Positions 1 to 11,390 of a stretch of DNA of 64,000 bases are shown here, one piece after another. The stretch spans positions 47,829,744 to 47,893,743 of the forward strand of contig NC_081362.1 in the NCBI RefSeq assembly GCF_030684315.1, written 5' to 3'. The notes under the pieces were generated by a model. The model made no database searches. It had not been told where the DNA came from and saw only the letters and a program-made list of their open reading frames with translations. This DNA is from Stegostoma tigrinum (Eukaryota). Every line of letters starts with the position of its first letter. Position 1 is the first letter of the stretch. Both the position numbers and the translations under genes were made by a program.

Positions 1-504
1 AAAGTAGATCCCATGAACACCACCTGATGAGATAGATGGGCCTTAAGAAACGGTGATTATAGTTTCGTTTTCCCATGCACGAGACCATGATGCAGTATCA
101 ATGGGACAATACCTCTAAGTTTGTAGAATTGGATATCAAATGCCACTCTGATTTTATAAGCAAATTAATACTTGTCAACTTATAACAAGCCTTGATGAAA
201 CTGAACTTATTACTACTTCCATATTGTGCATAACCAGGATGTGCTTTTGGATAAATTCAAAGCAACTTCGACAACGCATTCACCTACATGATGTCATGAA
301 ATTTTGCCTCAAGTTTCCAAAGCATGAGAATTTCAAAAGTTCTGAGATGTGTCTAAAAATGTCAATAACACCAGACACTAAGTTGTTCAGACTAGAGATT
401 GTGCAGTCATTGCTACTGTTGTAAAAGATCCATCCCCAGAACTCAAACAGTTCCAAGACATAAACACAGTAATTATAAAGACTGTCCAATGGATACATGA
501 ATGT

Positions 505-675
505 GCCGAAAACAAAAAAATGCTGGAGATCACTGCAGGTCAGAGCTGATGAACAGTCATCTAAATTTGAAAATATTTACTTGCTTTCTCTCTATAGACG
601 CTGCCTGACCAAGTGTGATAGCCAGAACTTTCTGGTTTCAGTACAGATTCCGGATTCTGGAGTAATTTGCTCCTA
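505..675. mobile_element. Miniature Penelope-like pLTR fold-back remnant
   Basis: Left aaatgctggagatcactgcaggtcag is the inverted homolog of right ctgaccaagtgtgatagccagaacttt. Contains a degenerate ctgatga core and the tail ...gagtaatttgctccta. Flanked by atacatgaatgt / atacaagaatgt. Confidence 0.6.
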
Positions 676-1265
676 ATACAAGAATGTATCATGTTGTAAA
701 TGTATTTCCACTAAGGGGGTATATTCACAGAAAACACTTGGACACTTTGACAATGTAATAAGCCTACGAGTGCGATGTTTTTTTATTTAGATGCTACATC
801 ACAAAATCTCTGATAGGCCTTACTAAATATCCTTTCCGAGTGCATTTCTTTTATTATTAGCTAATGTAATCGGGTACACAGGATGTAATCATTCTCAGGA
901 AACAATGTACAAACTTCCACCACAGAACAATGGACAACACAAAAGCCACATACAGAACTTCAATGCCGTCTTTTCCACTTCCCATTAAAAAGGCAAATTG
1001 TGAACTTTTAACATCTACGTATTGGGGAAAAAACAACTGTGGAGCATGTCCTGCAATAAATCATCCACTTCCACTTACTCTAAATACACATTAAATAAGA
1101 ACTCTATTGACAGAACTTTACTTGCGTTCGAAACTATTATCAAATCCATTGTTTTTGCTTTAAGAACTACATATACAACTTTCATTTTGGTATTAAAAAA
1201 AAACACACTTTGTTTGAGAGATCACCATAAACTATGCATTTCCAAAATAATTAACTTAAACTCAC

Positions 1266-1317
1266 CTTTCTGGTGAACAGTTGCAGCAACATCAACTTGC
1301 TTTTTCTGACTGTTCAT
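1266..1317 (-). CDS. Candidate additional alternative first coding exon of SPTBN1 (MNSQKKQVDVAATVHQK + 1 nt)
   Basis: ATG at 1317, 17 codons + G, then a consensus donor AAG|GTGAGT in phase 1, with an in-frame stop upstream. I do not recognise the peptide. Confidence 0.3.
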
Positions 1318-1875
1318 GCAATAACATAATTGCAATTATACTTAACATTGCAGAGTGGAATTTACCATAAGAAAAATATTTTCCAAGAACTGAATATGCT
1401 AGCCTACCTGTGAGTATTTTAAACCTTTAGATAAACTAAACCAATTTCCCACCAGTGTAGAAAACACCAGATTATAAATGTTTCAGAGACTACGAATTAC
1501 ACAATGGGTAGGAATCAATGGTGCTGGTACAGGACATGTTAAATGGCAAATGTCATTCTGGTGGGCAATCCCATTGTATACAAACAGAGAACTGTACCAA
1601 CACAGAATAGGAGCAGATTTCAACTTTGTAAAAGAGGGATAATGCATCAGTATTCCAGTGTACATCTTCTCACATGTTTTAACCCAATGACTGATTCAAC
1701 TGACCAGGTCTTTAATTGTTTGAGCCTTTCATGACTTAGTCCCCTCAGGTTGAGTCGACACCCCAGATATTGCAATAGCCTTAAGCATTTTCTGCAGCAT
1801 TGATTGAAGTTGTGGATCTCCATAAATCAGACCATTCAGTAATCCCAACACAGCTCACTCTTCAGAGATTTGGCC

Positions 1876-2398
1876 AGAAATTACATGACACCAAGTTATA
1901 ATCCAACAGGTTTATTTGAAAACTCAAGCTTTTTGGAGCCTCACTTCTCCTTCAGGTGTTAGTGAGAGAGGTAATATCAGACACGGAATTTGTAAGGAAA
2001 AGATGAAAGTGTCACATTACCGACGAGGATGTATTAAACAAACCTAAGATGTTAAATCTTTAATCAGTTAGAAGGTTTCAATTGATGAATTTATATATGT
2101 AAATCTCTAAATTCCTTTCACGTCACTGTCCTGAGAGAACTAAAGGTTTTATCAGTGTAAAGAAGAGGTGATAGTTTAGGTCAGACAATGCATATTAGGT
2201 GTGAGGCCTTGTTTAGAATCTGTTTGTGTTTGGGTTTGGAGTCAGACTGGTTTTATTTCTAAAGTAGGAATTTGTAAAATACCACATTGACTAACTGTCT
2301 ATAAATTGGGTACTTAATGAACAAAATAGAATGTATCTGCAAATACAAATTCACCCCACAGCTATGTGTGCGTGTGTGAGAGACAGCGAGCGAGAGGC
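1876..2398 (-). mobile_element. Penelope-like element 3'/pLTR fragment (second family)
   Basis: Minus strand cacctgaaggag...ctccaaaaagcttgagttttcaaataaacctgttggattataacttggtgtc resembles a typical shark PLE terminus with a decayed hammerhead. Confidence 0.6.
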
Positions 2399-2419
2399 AG
2401 CAGGGTTACGAGGCTAGGA

Positions 2420-2835
2420 TTGTGGCAGAAACACTAGAGAATTTGGAGTTTTCTCCTTAAAACAGAAAACGAGTGATTTAACAGAGATATTCAAAATTGA
2501 GGGCTTTTGATAAGAGTAGAGATGGAGAAATTTTCCACTGACAGCATGATTGATATCTTAAAGCTGTGTGCTGTGGTTAAGTGCCAAAATGGGAGCGATG
2601 AATTTTTTCATGATGTACATTATTATAATCTGGAAAGCAGGCCTTCGCGGGTGGGGAAAGCAAATTCAATAGTATCCCTCATAGCAGAATTGGATATATA
2701 GACTTGGAAAGAAAAAAAATTGGCAAGGTTTATAGGAAAGAGCAAGGAAGTGAGACTAATTGGGCTGCTCTTCAAAGAGTTTGAAAAGAATGATGGGTTG
2801 AATGTCTCTCTTCTGGGTTTCTTGATTTTATGAAT
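2420..2835 (+). mobile_element. Decayed CR1-clade LINE 3' end
   Basis: Degenerate LGLFSLE..RGDL.EVFKI-encoding segment followed by a CR1-like 3' UTR. Confidence 0.55.
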
Positions 2836-3054
2836 AGCTTGTCAGTTATTTCTCTGACATTTTCAGCAGTTTCAAAAAAGTTCAGAATAGAAAGAGGCAA
2901 TTAAACACATTCCTTCCATAAACTACACAGAATTGAATGCTTGTGTTACACCCAACATATTTTATCGAAGGAAAGCTCTCAAAATAGACAGAACTAAACG
3001 ACACACAAAAGATCAGATTTAAGCTCTCCAGTCCTGCCATACCCAGTTATGAAT

Positions 3055-4030
3055 GGTGCTAGACAATAAAACAACAACTATATGAGGAGGCTGCACAAAT
3101 ATGTTTACCTTTAATGATGGGGGACCCCAGGACATTAATGCAGAAGACAAGGCTAAAGTAATTGCAACCTTCTTCAGAATGAATTGGATCATGCACTTGG
3201 CAATCTACTTCTAAGGTCCCCTGTATCACAGATGCCAATCTTCGGCCAATTTGAGTATCTCCACATGATATCAAGAAACAGTTGAAGGCAGAGGATACCA
3301 TAAAGGCCATGGGCCTAGACAACATTAAGACTCATGCTCCAGAATTGGTCGTACCTTGGCCAAGTTGCTCCAGTTCATCTACACTCCAAACATCTATCCA
3401 ACAATGTGGAAAGTTGCCAAAGATGTACAGATTAGGTGGACTGTCCATGCTAAATTTTCCTGTAGTGTCCGGGGATGTGTAGATTAGGTGGATTAGCCAC
3501 GGTAAGTAAGTGATATAGACATAGGGTGGCATGCTCTACAGATTGTCGGTGCAGATGTTCCATGGGCCGAATTGCCTTTATCTGCACTGCGGGGATTCTA
3601 TGACTGCCCAAATATGCTCTGTCCGAAAAAAAATAGACAAACCCAACCTGGTCGATTACTACCTAACTAATCAATCTACTCTCAATCATCAGCAAATGGA
3701 AGTATCATTGATAGAGATATCTAGTGAAGCGACGCTTACCCAGCAATAGCCTGTTCACTGAGGCTCAATTTGGATTCTAACAGGTCCATCCAACTTCTGA
3801 CCTTACAGTCTTTGTTCAAACATGGACTCATACCAGAGTTGAGATGAATGTGGCTGCCCTAGACAGAAATGCAACCTTTGACAGAATGTGGTATCAAAGA
3901 TCCTGAGTAAAGCAATGTGAATGAGGGGGAAAACTGTCCATTGATTGTAATGACACTTAGCACAGAACAAGATTGTTATGTTGTTGGTGATCAATTATTT
4001 TAGTCCCAGGGTGTCACTACTGGAGTTCCT
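3055..4030 (+). mobile_element. Decayed CR1-type LINE RT fragment, interrupted by a HE1 SINE fragment (3421-3604)
   Basis: Encodes KAMGLDNI...APELVVP and later remnants resembling QFGF...TAFVQTW and GVPQ. The HE1-like core agatgtacagattaggtgg...gggattctatg is inserted. Confidence 0.65.
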
Positions 4031-4039
4031 CAAGATAGA

Positions 4040-4135
4040 TATTTTCTAATCAACCTGTTAGAGATGCTACTTTGCACCTGTGGAGCAGGAACCAAGGACT
4101 CCTGGCTCAGAGATACAGACACCAACATTGTGCCT
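4040..4135 (-). mobile_element. Short tRNA-derived SINE copy
   Basis: Reverse complement resembles the copies at 13488, 13713 and 33450 (ctctgagccaggag...aacaggttgattagaaaata). Confidence 0.5.
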
Positions 4136-4169
4136 CTCGAGCTTTAGTTCCTCACAGTAGTTCCTGTCG

Positions 4170-4252
4170 TCTAGGCCTGAAACGTCAGCTTTTGTGCTCC
4201 TAAGATGCTGCTTGGCCTTCTGTGTTCATCCAGCTCCACACTTTGTTATGTT
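4170..4252 (+). mobile_element. Penelope pLTR end fragment
   Basis: tctaggcctgaaacgtcagcttttgtgctcctaagatgctgcttggcc is near-identical to 43431-43500. Confidence 0.8.
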
Positions 4253-4599
4253 CTTATTGAATGGTGGAGCGGACATGAGAAGCTGAATAGCCTACCTTCT
4301 AAAATTCCTGCTGTCAAGCTATGTTATAGGGTTCAGTGAACATGTCAAAATCTCAGCCATTTTTAACAGTTGCTATTACTCCGTACCCTTACTAATAATT
4401 GAGTCCCTTTGCCTGATCATTTTCTTAGACCAAATTAAACATCTGCCATCTCAGCAAGCTATTTAACCCTAAGCTGAGCTTCCAACACCACATCCTATGA
4501 ATCGCAGAGGCCACATGCACCCTATTATAGGCCACCTGCTTCCAAAAAATCCATTGATATCTTTGCTGCGGTGTATGGGTTCTTTCAAAATGTGCAGTG

Positions 4600-5300
4600 A
4601 TATAGTGTAGATTAGGATAGCCAGTTTTCTGGTCTAACTAGAAAAGTCTTGATGAATGAACGATATGAAGCTTATTGCCTCACAAAATCAGACATATGAG
4701 GTTGGGGGCAAAAGTACAGCACACAGGATGGGGGTTAAAATATTGGTATGCGATTGCTAACTGGTTGGCAAGACAGGAAAGAGTGGGAATAAATGGATCC
4801 TTGTCCATGCAGGTGGCTGTTCTGGCAATGTGCTGCAAGGTAAATGACGTGGAAGACGGAACCTAATTCAACATATCCAAGTTTACTGATGAAATAAAAC
4901 TGGGTGGGTTTGTGAGGACGATGCAAGCAGGCTTCAGGGTGGTTAGGATCAGTTGAGTAAACCAAGTACAACGTGGCTAAACATGAAGTTTTACATTATT
5001 TTCCTTGAATGGTGATATAGTGGGAAATGTGATTGTGCAAAGAGATCTGGGATACCTTATACACCAAATCAATGAAAGTAGACACGCAGGATCAACAAGC
5101 AATTAGGAAGGCAAATGGTACAATGATCTTCATTGCAAGGGAATCTGACTACAGAAATAGGGAGGTCTTTTGGCAATTATACACAGGGCCTTGGTGAGGT
5201 AACACTTGCAGTGGTGTGTGCAAGCTCGTTCTCCCTAAGAAAGGATATACTTGTCATAGAAGGAATTCATTGGAGATCCACTAGGCTGATAGCAGGGATT
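4600..5300 (+). mobile_element. Decayed CR1 LINE RT fragment
   Basis: Remnants of ISKFTDEIKLGG, RDLG.L, KANG and a LVRPHL-like segment. Confidence 0.6.
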
Positions 5301-5569
5301 GATGCAATTGTCAAGAGACCCTTTAATTATAAACCTTTTTTTTAAAGAAGTTGGGATGGTCAGAAATTTTTCTCAACTTTGTTCTTTCCTGATCACCTCC
5401 GTTCCTAATAGCAACCTTGAATCTAGGGTAGATACTTGTTTGCTGTGCTATCTGACCATCTCACTCAATATGGTCGCAGATGCTTCCATTAGCTGTCTGT
5501 CTGTCATTATACAGCTTCTGAGTGGTTACAAACATTTCAGTGCTGAACTTAAAGTCCAGGAACATTTTT

Positions 5570-6830
5570 TTTATTAGCATCTTGTATTTTTGTGATTTAA
5601 CCTACATTTTGAAAGAGATTGACGACAATACATGGCTTCTACTCAGGAAAGATAATTCTTATTCTTAGGAAAACTGTGTTTATTGTCAGTTAGTGACTGT
5701 TCCACCTCATTTAAGCCGATGTGTCACTCATTCTTTTGTCTTTCTCTGCTACATCTTCCTTCTGCACGTTTTCTGACAGAGGCCCACTTGTTTGCAATGA
5801 AAGCATTAATTTTAGAAGCTTCTGGTGCCACTAGAAGTTTTTTTTGTTCCACAGCTCTAGCAATGGCTTTTATTTCTGGCATCTGCCCTCCTTCTATTTT
5901 GGTTCGTTTTTATATATTTTGTCATCTAAACATTGTATAAACTTTGTATAGCTCCTGTACCAAGTATTATCTTCTCATGTTAGGACTAATCTGTTTTGCT
6001 TCCAGAGCTCATTTCATTCATGATCTGAATGACTTTCTTCAGAGTTAGTTCTTCTTTAGACTGTATTAAATCTAGCAAAGACTCCTCAGTAGAATCAGAA
6101 TTACAGAATCCCTTCAATGCAGAAAAAAGCCATGCGGCCCATCAAATATGCTCTGGCCCTCCAAAGAGCATCTCACCAAGACCCAGACCCCAAATTATCC
6201 TCGTAAGCCCATGTTTACCATAGCTATTCCACCGAGCTGGCACATCCCTGGACATTACGGACAATTTAGCAGGTCCAATCTACCTAGCCATCACATCTTT
6301 GGATTAAGGTCTAAGAAACCAGAGATCCCAGTGGAAACCCAATCAGACACGGGGGGAATTTGCAAACTCCACAGTCATCCAAGGGTGAAACAGAATCTAA
6401 CCACTGAGCCACCATGCCATCCCCATAAAGCCAACAACAATCTGATTTCTTATGAATTTTGACATTAGGTTACCATAGTCACATCTGTCCATGAGCTTGT
6501 ACGGATTATTAATGAAATCAACCATAGGTTTACAAGGATGTTCCACATTTTTATTGAATCTTGTCTTTCCAAGAATATTATTAGTTTAGAGATTGAAATA
6601 ATTGTCAAAGGCTTCCAATAGATCTCTGAATTTGTCTTATGTTTCATTTATCTACCTTGACAAACGATAGCATCACCTTCTACTGTCCTAAATGTGTACA
6701 AACGTACATTGACTTATTCAGTTTTTGTCTTACTAACCTGTTTAGAAGCTGTTCTACATTCAGGAATTTTCTTCTTCATAAAGTCCAATTTCGTGTTTTA
6801 TTTTGCCCATCTCACAAATTAAATATTTCT
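5570..6830 (-). mobile_element. Fossil Ty3/Gypsy gag(-protease) region
   Basis: Minus-strand translation gives DKFRDLLEAFDNYFNL*TNNILGKTRFNKNVEHPCKPMVDFINNPYKLMDRCDYGNLMSKFIRNQIVVG, then (after a SINE) EESLLDLIQSKEELTLKKVIQI and a decayed zinc knuckle CFHCKQVGLCQKTC. Confidence 0.75.
6091..6424 (-). mobile_element. HE1-type SINE inserted in the Gypsy gag fossil
   Basis: Ends with ctaaccactgagcccaccatgcc (reverse complement of the tRNA-like head). Homologous to 19520-19825. Confidence 0.8.
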
Positions 6831-6954
6831 GGTAATACTGTTTGATTCCGTGGCTTGCTAATGCAATTTGATATTTAGGTGTCCTTTCAAAATTTTAAGT
6901 CTACAGTAATAGTGGTTCTCCCGTGCTTGCTGCTGTAAAGAGGGTTTTCCCATT

Positions 6955-7310
6955 ACTTAGAATCCCTTCTGCGGATAGAAGGCATTTGGTCTATTGAGTC
7001 AGCACTGGCATACTGCACAGCATCCCACCCTATCCCCAGAATACCCCATTTACTATGGCTAATCCAACAAATCTGCACATCCCTGAACACTATGTGGCAA
7101 TTTAGCATGGCAAATCCACCTGACCTGCACATCTTTGGCAATTTTCCACAGTGTTAAATAGATGTTCACATTGTAGACCAACTGCACATCTCTGGACTTT
7201 GGGAGAAAACCTATGCAAACTCAAGGAGAACATTCAAAATCCACACAGTCACCCAAGGCTTGGTCCCTGGTGTTGGGAGGCAGCAGTGCTAACTATTGCG
7301 CCACTGTGGC
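6955..7310 (-). mobile_element. HE1-type SINE
   Basis: Contains gcaatttagcatggcaaatccacctgacctgcacatctttgg and gaggcagcagtgctaac. Confidence 0.8.
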
Positions 7311-10300
7311 ACTTTGTGGCTATACTGCATGTTTTTCTCATCTGTGCAGCTGTAAAGGAGTTTTTCTCACTTTTCTTAATACACTTGCTGCACTCTTATT
7401 TATGAAAGTATTTGGTGTCAGTCTAGAACTACTTTTTTAAGTGCCCAAAACTGATCTGTGTTAAATGACTTGGTTAGCCATTTTCTCAGGATCTCCACTC
7501 TTGTCATTTACAATTTTACTCTCACGACCCTCAAGTTTCATTTCTCCAGTCCTGGCTCAGTGTCTGCACACCATAGCAGTGAAGCCTGATCACAGCTGCA
7601 ACTTTTTAACCTTAGAATTACTGTTCTGTCCAAGTGTTTCCTTTTTGCACCAAGAATGTTTTGGTTTTGACTTTTGCAGTAATTGATGCCTGGTCAGCTC
7701 ACAACTCAACTTGAACTCAGGATCTCTTCCACAGACAACTGCCTTGCAGAGTATTCTGTACCTCTGCCTCATAGATGCAGGTTTCTTTGGTTCACGTGTG
7801 TCTTCTGTCAGATCTGGAATTCTGTGTTGTCTGCTAATGTACGTTAATGTGTTGAGTACACTATTCTTAGGTCAACTTATCCCCTCAAAAGGTCCTTCTT
7901 TAGTCTAACTAGGTCCACATGACATCACCATAGAGATCTGTTTATAATCAAGTCTGTAAACCCTTTCAGTCATATACATGTCACCTACAAAGTCAAACAC
8001 TTCATCACTCCTTCAGCTGGTCCCCATCCACCACACTCCACACACTCTTGCTCATACCAAACTCTGCTTTCACATCCCATTCCACATTAACTCCTTCAAG
8101 TCTATACCTTTGTCCCCAGTGACCTATATAAGTTTCCAGTGACTCTGCTCAAATTTCAAGTCCAGATGTTTGTGTTTAATTCCTTTCATGGCCAGATTCT
8201 TGCCTACTTTCTAATTTCTCTTCATCCAGTTTGGAATAACTTCAGCCATAATATCCTATAAAATTGGCTTTATTAACCAATTATTTGGTCACCTTTCTCA
8301 ATTGTGGAACATTCTCCTATGTTGAAAGCACCTTAGAAATGCAAGGTGTTGTAATTATATTGTGAAACATTTTTTAATCCAAAATACAGAAACTCTTAAT
8401 AAACTAAATAATAGTTGTCTCAGAAATTTTGACACTAAAATATGGATCATGTTACCTAGAAGTTGTACATAAAATAATGTAGTTATGGAAAAATGCAATT
8501 TCACTTCAATTATCTTAGGCTATTTCATATTACAGTTTTGGATAAAGTTTAGGATATTATGTGAAAGGCTGTAACAAGATGCTAAACCTTGGATCAATGA
8601 GCATTAAAATCAGTTCAGGCCTTTTGTCCAATCATAGATTTACTAATTCTAACTTAATCCCCAAACACGCAGAATTGCATCTAATGATAAGTAAACAGAT
8701 CCTGCCCCACTGAAGATGTATTAGCCGTTTTACCATAAGGTCAAGATTCAGGTTTCATATACTTTGTGTAAAGGCAAAGAAAGATGTGGGAAATGTATGT
8801 ATAAAATCACTTACAAGCAGTCAAGATTATAGGCCAAATTTCATAATTAATATTAAGATATCTTTCTTTTAAGTCTTTGGAGAGCAAGGTTACTGAATAA
8901 TTCTCCTTCATAAACCTTTGTAAGTCCTCCAGCTGTCATGGGCAGCCCATCACTCAGTGAACAGGCTGGGTGGGATGCTTTGGCCTGTGAACATGCATTG
9001 AGTATAATGATTTCATAACAATTGCAACACAACAACTACAGAATGAACAAATGTATGCAACAATACTTCCAATGTCCATGTTTACTGTTCACAGGAAGAA
9101 CAGGCTGAGGCAGTCAGGGAGGCCAATAAAAAAGTGTGCCCTGTTCTTAACAAACCCAGGTATTTACTTTGATGTGGTTGCTGTTCATGTAAAATCTATT
9201 CTGTCAGAACTCGCAAAGAACAACGCTTACTACAACTTTACATCAGCAATAAGCCATGTCGAAAAACAAAATACAACAGTACCTGACACCAATTTTTAAA
9301 TCCCACAAAACTAAGCACTCTGTTCACTTTTACGTGACCAGTAAGAACTTTTTCTTAATCTGTAAGCATTTAATGAAAACTGTTCAGTTGATAAGCAAAA
9401 CTGCTTTATTTGAACTGAAAATAATGATGAAAAGTGAGCTGTGCTACTGCTGGCTGTTTGACCATGTTTTCAAACAGTGATCTTTATTTCAGTTACGTAA
9501 AAGGCGTCCACTAATACAATAATTTCAAAAAATTCACATGACTTTAAAGCCCTAAAATATTGATTCATGATCACACTATAATCACTGTACTGCTGCTTAA
9601 ATCATCTGTTCCTTTGAATTGAAAGGCTCCACACAGTTTCACATTTTTTTCAAGTGGGACACAGTGAAGCATTCAATGCTGCTGCTAAGGCTAGTTAATG
9701 TCGGTTTCCCTACAGTAGTTCCCTCACAAAGAGCATACTTTCCTCCAACTGTTAGTATTCAAACAAGGCCACATGAACTTCTTTGTGTAGCAAAGACTCT
9801 CCCACCATCGTGACCTTAAGTGAGAAAAGTAGAAGTCACATGCATGAGTGGATATTATTCATTTTGTACATTTAAAAGTGAGGATTAAAGGAGGTCAAAT
9901 GCAATTGCAAACACTACTGTATTGCATCCACAGACCCAACCAAAAAGATAATGATCAACACACCTTATTTCCATAGTACAAATTTCCCAACCTCACTCAA
10001 GCGGAATAAAAAGCAACAGCAAAAAAAACTATTATAGTAGCAACATAAGAAAGGTTGCATTGATGCATATCTATCATTCGTACCATTTAACTTTTGTTTG
10101 CTAATTTTAAGTGCAAAGATTTGTGAAAGCAGCCTTAATCTCCATGGATACAATTCTGCATCAATTTCAGTTGTTTGCCTCCAAATATGAGGTCACTAGG
10201 TTCCAATAAAGTATAACGCAACTTTCATACCATTCTGACTCCAAGTGTACTCAGCAACTGAGTAACATATTTTGGCCCTCAAAGCTTGAAATTTGTCTGG

Positions 10301-10599
10301 ATGCTTAATCAACATAGTAACCTAACTCATATTGTATCAAGGTGTCTTGTGAACAAGTTTTCAAGCTCATGTCTTTCAATTTTTTTTTGTCTATATACAG
10401 TGTGAGAGATGACAAAGGTTTAAAATGTAATTCTACTCTCCTTCCTTTACATGGAACACGTACTAAATGGCTAATAATACAGCATAATAAAAAAGGTAGC
10501 AAATACTGTGCCTCAGAAGTACAGAGATCAGAGACATGCAAGAAGAAAGGCCATTTCAAACAGGACACTGACAATTAACATTGCACATCTAATAAAAAT

Positions 10600-11390
10600 A
10601 TCTTTGATATATACAGCACCTTTTACAACCTCAGTACATTCCAAAGTGCTCTACAGCTAATGAATTAATTTTGAACTATAAACACTGTTGTGATTTGAAG
10701 TAAAAAGGTCCCATGACATTTCACAAGGATGCTATCAAACAAATTCTGACATCACTTTACAAAAATGAATAATAGGACAGGTGACCAAAAGTTTGAAGAG
10801 GTAGATTTTAAGAAGCAGCTTTAAGAAAGATGGTGATAGAGGAGTAGCGCGGTCTGGGATGAAATTCCAAAGGGCAAAGCCAAAGTCTTTATCCTAGGGT
10901 GGGGACTTAAAAACTAGAGGGCATAGGTTTAAGGTGAGAGGGGAAAGATTTAAAAAGGACCTTAGATGTAACTTTTATACACAGAATTTGGTTTGCAAGG
11001 CATCTGGATGGGTATATAAGAACTTAGAGAGAGATGTGCCAAATGTTGACAAATGGGATGACATCAGATTGGGATGTCCAGTCTGTGCAGACAAGTTGCA
11101 CCAAAGGGTTGGTTTTTGTGCTGTATCACTATGACCCTATGTGCCACCTTTCAGATAAGACATTAAAATAAGTTTGTTCTCTCATATTTCTAATCCATTT
11201 ATGGCTAGAGTGTTGGCCTCAAATTCTATATCCCAATATAGTATTTAAAATCAGGTTTTCTAATTATTTACATCAATGTTATTTGTAGGACATTGCTGTG
11301 TGCAAATTGATCATTTCCAATCTCTCAATTTCATTAACTGTAAATGTGCAAATAAAAGTTGTGAAGTACACTATATAAATTTCAATCTTC
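10600..11390. mobile_element. Cluster of old fragments: Deu-domain SINE pieces, L2 3' end (-), HER1/CR1 3' end (+, 10885-11135)
   Basis: ccaaagtgctctacagctaatgaa (Deu-like), gtgaccaaaagtttg...gtagattttaag (L2-like), and aaaactagagggcataggtttaaggtgagaggggaaagatttaaa (CR1 3'). Confidence 0.55.

Noticed and set aside
20-66. cacctgatga...gaaacggtg resembling a hammerhead core
   Set aside because: No stem II pairing between the motifs and no proper cleavage triplet. Probably chance or a decayed repeat.
8853-9035. Minus-strand ORF with a possible acceptor (AKASHPACSLSDGLPMTAGGLTK...)
   Set aside because: No spectrin similarity, a poor pyrimidine tract, and stops in the SPTBN1 reading phase.
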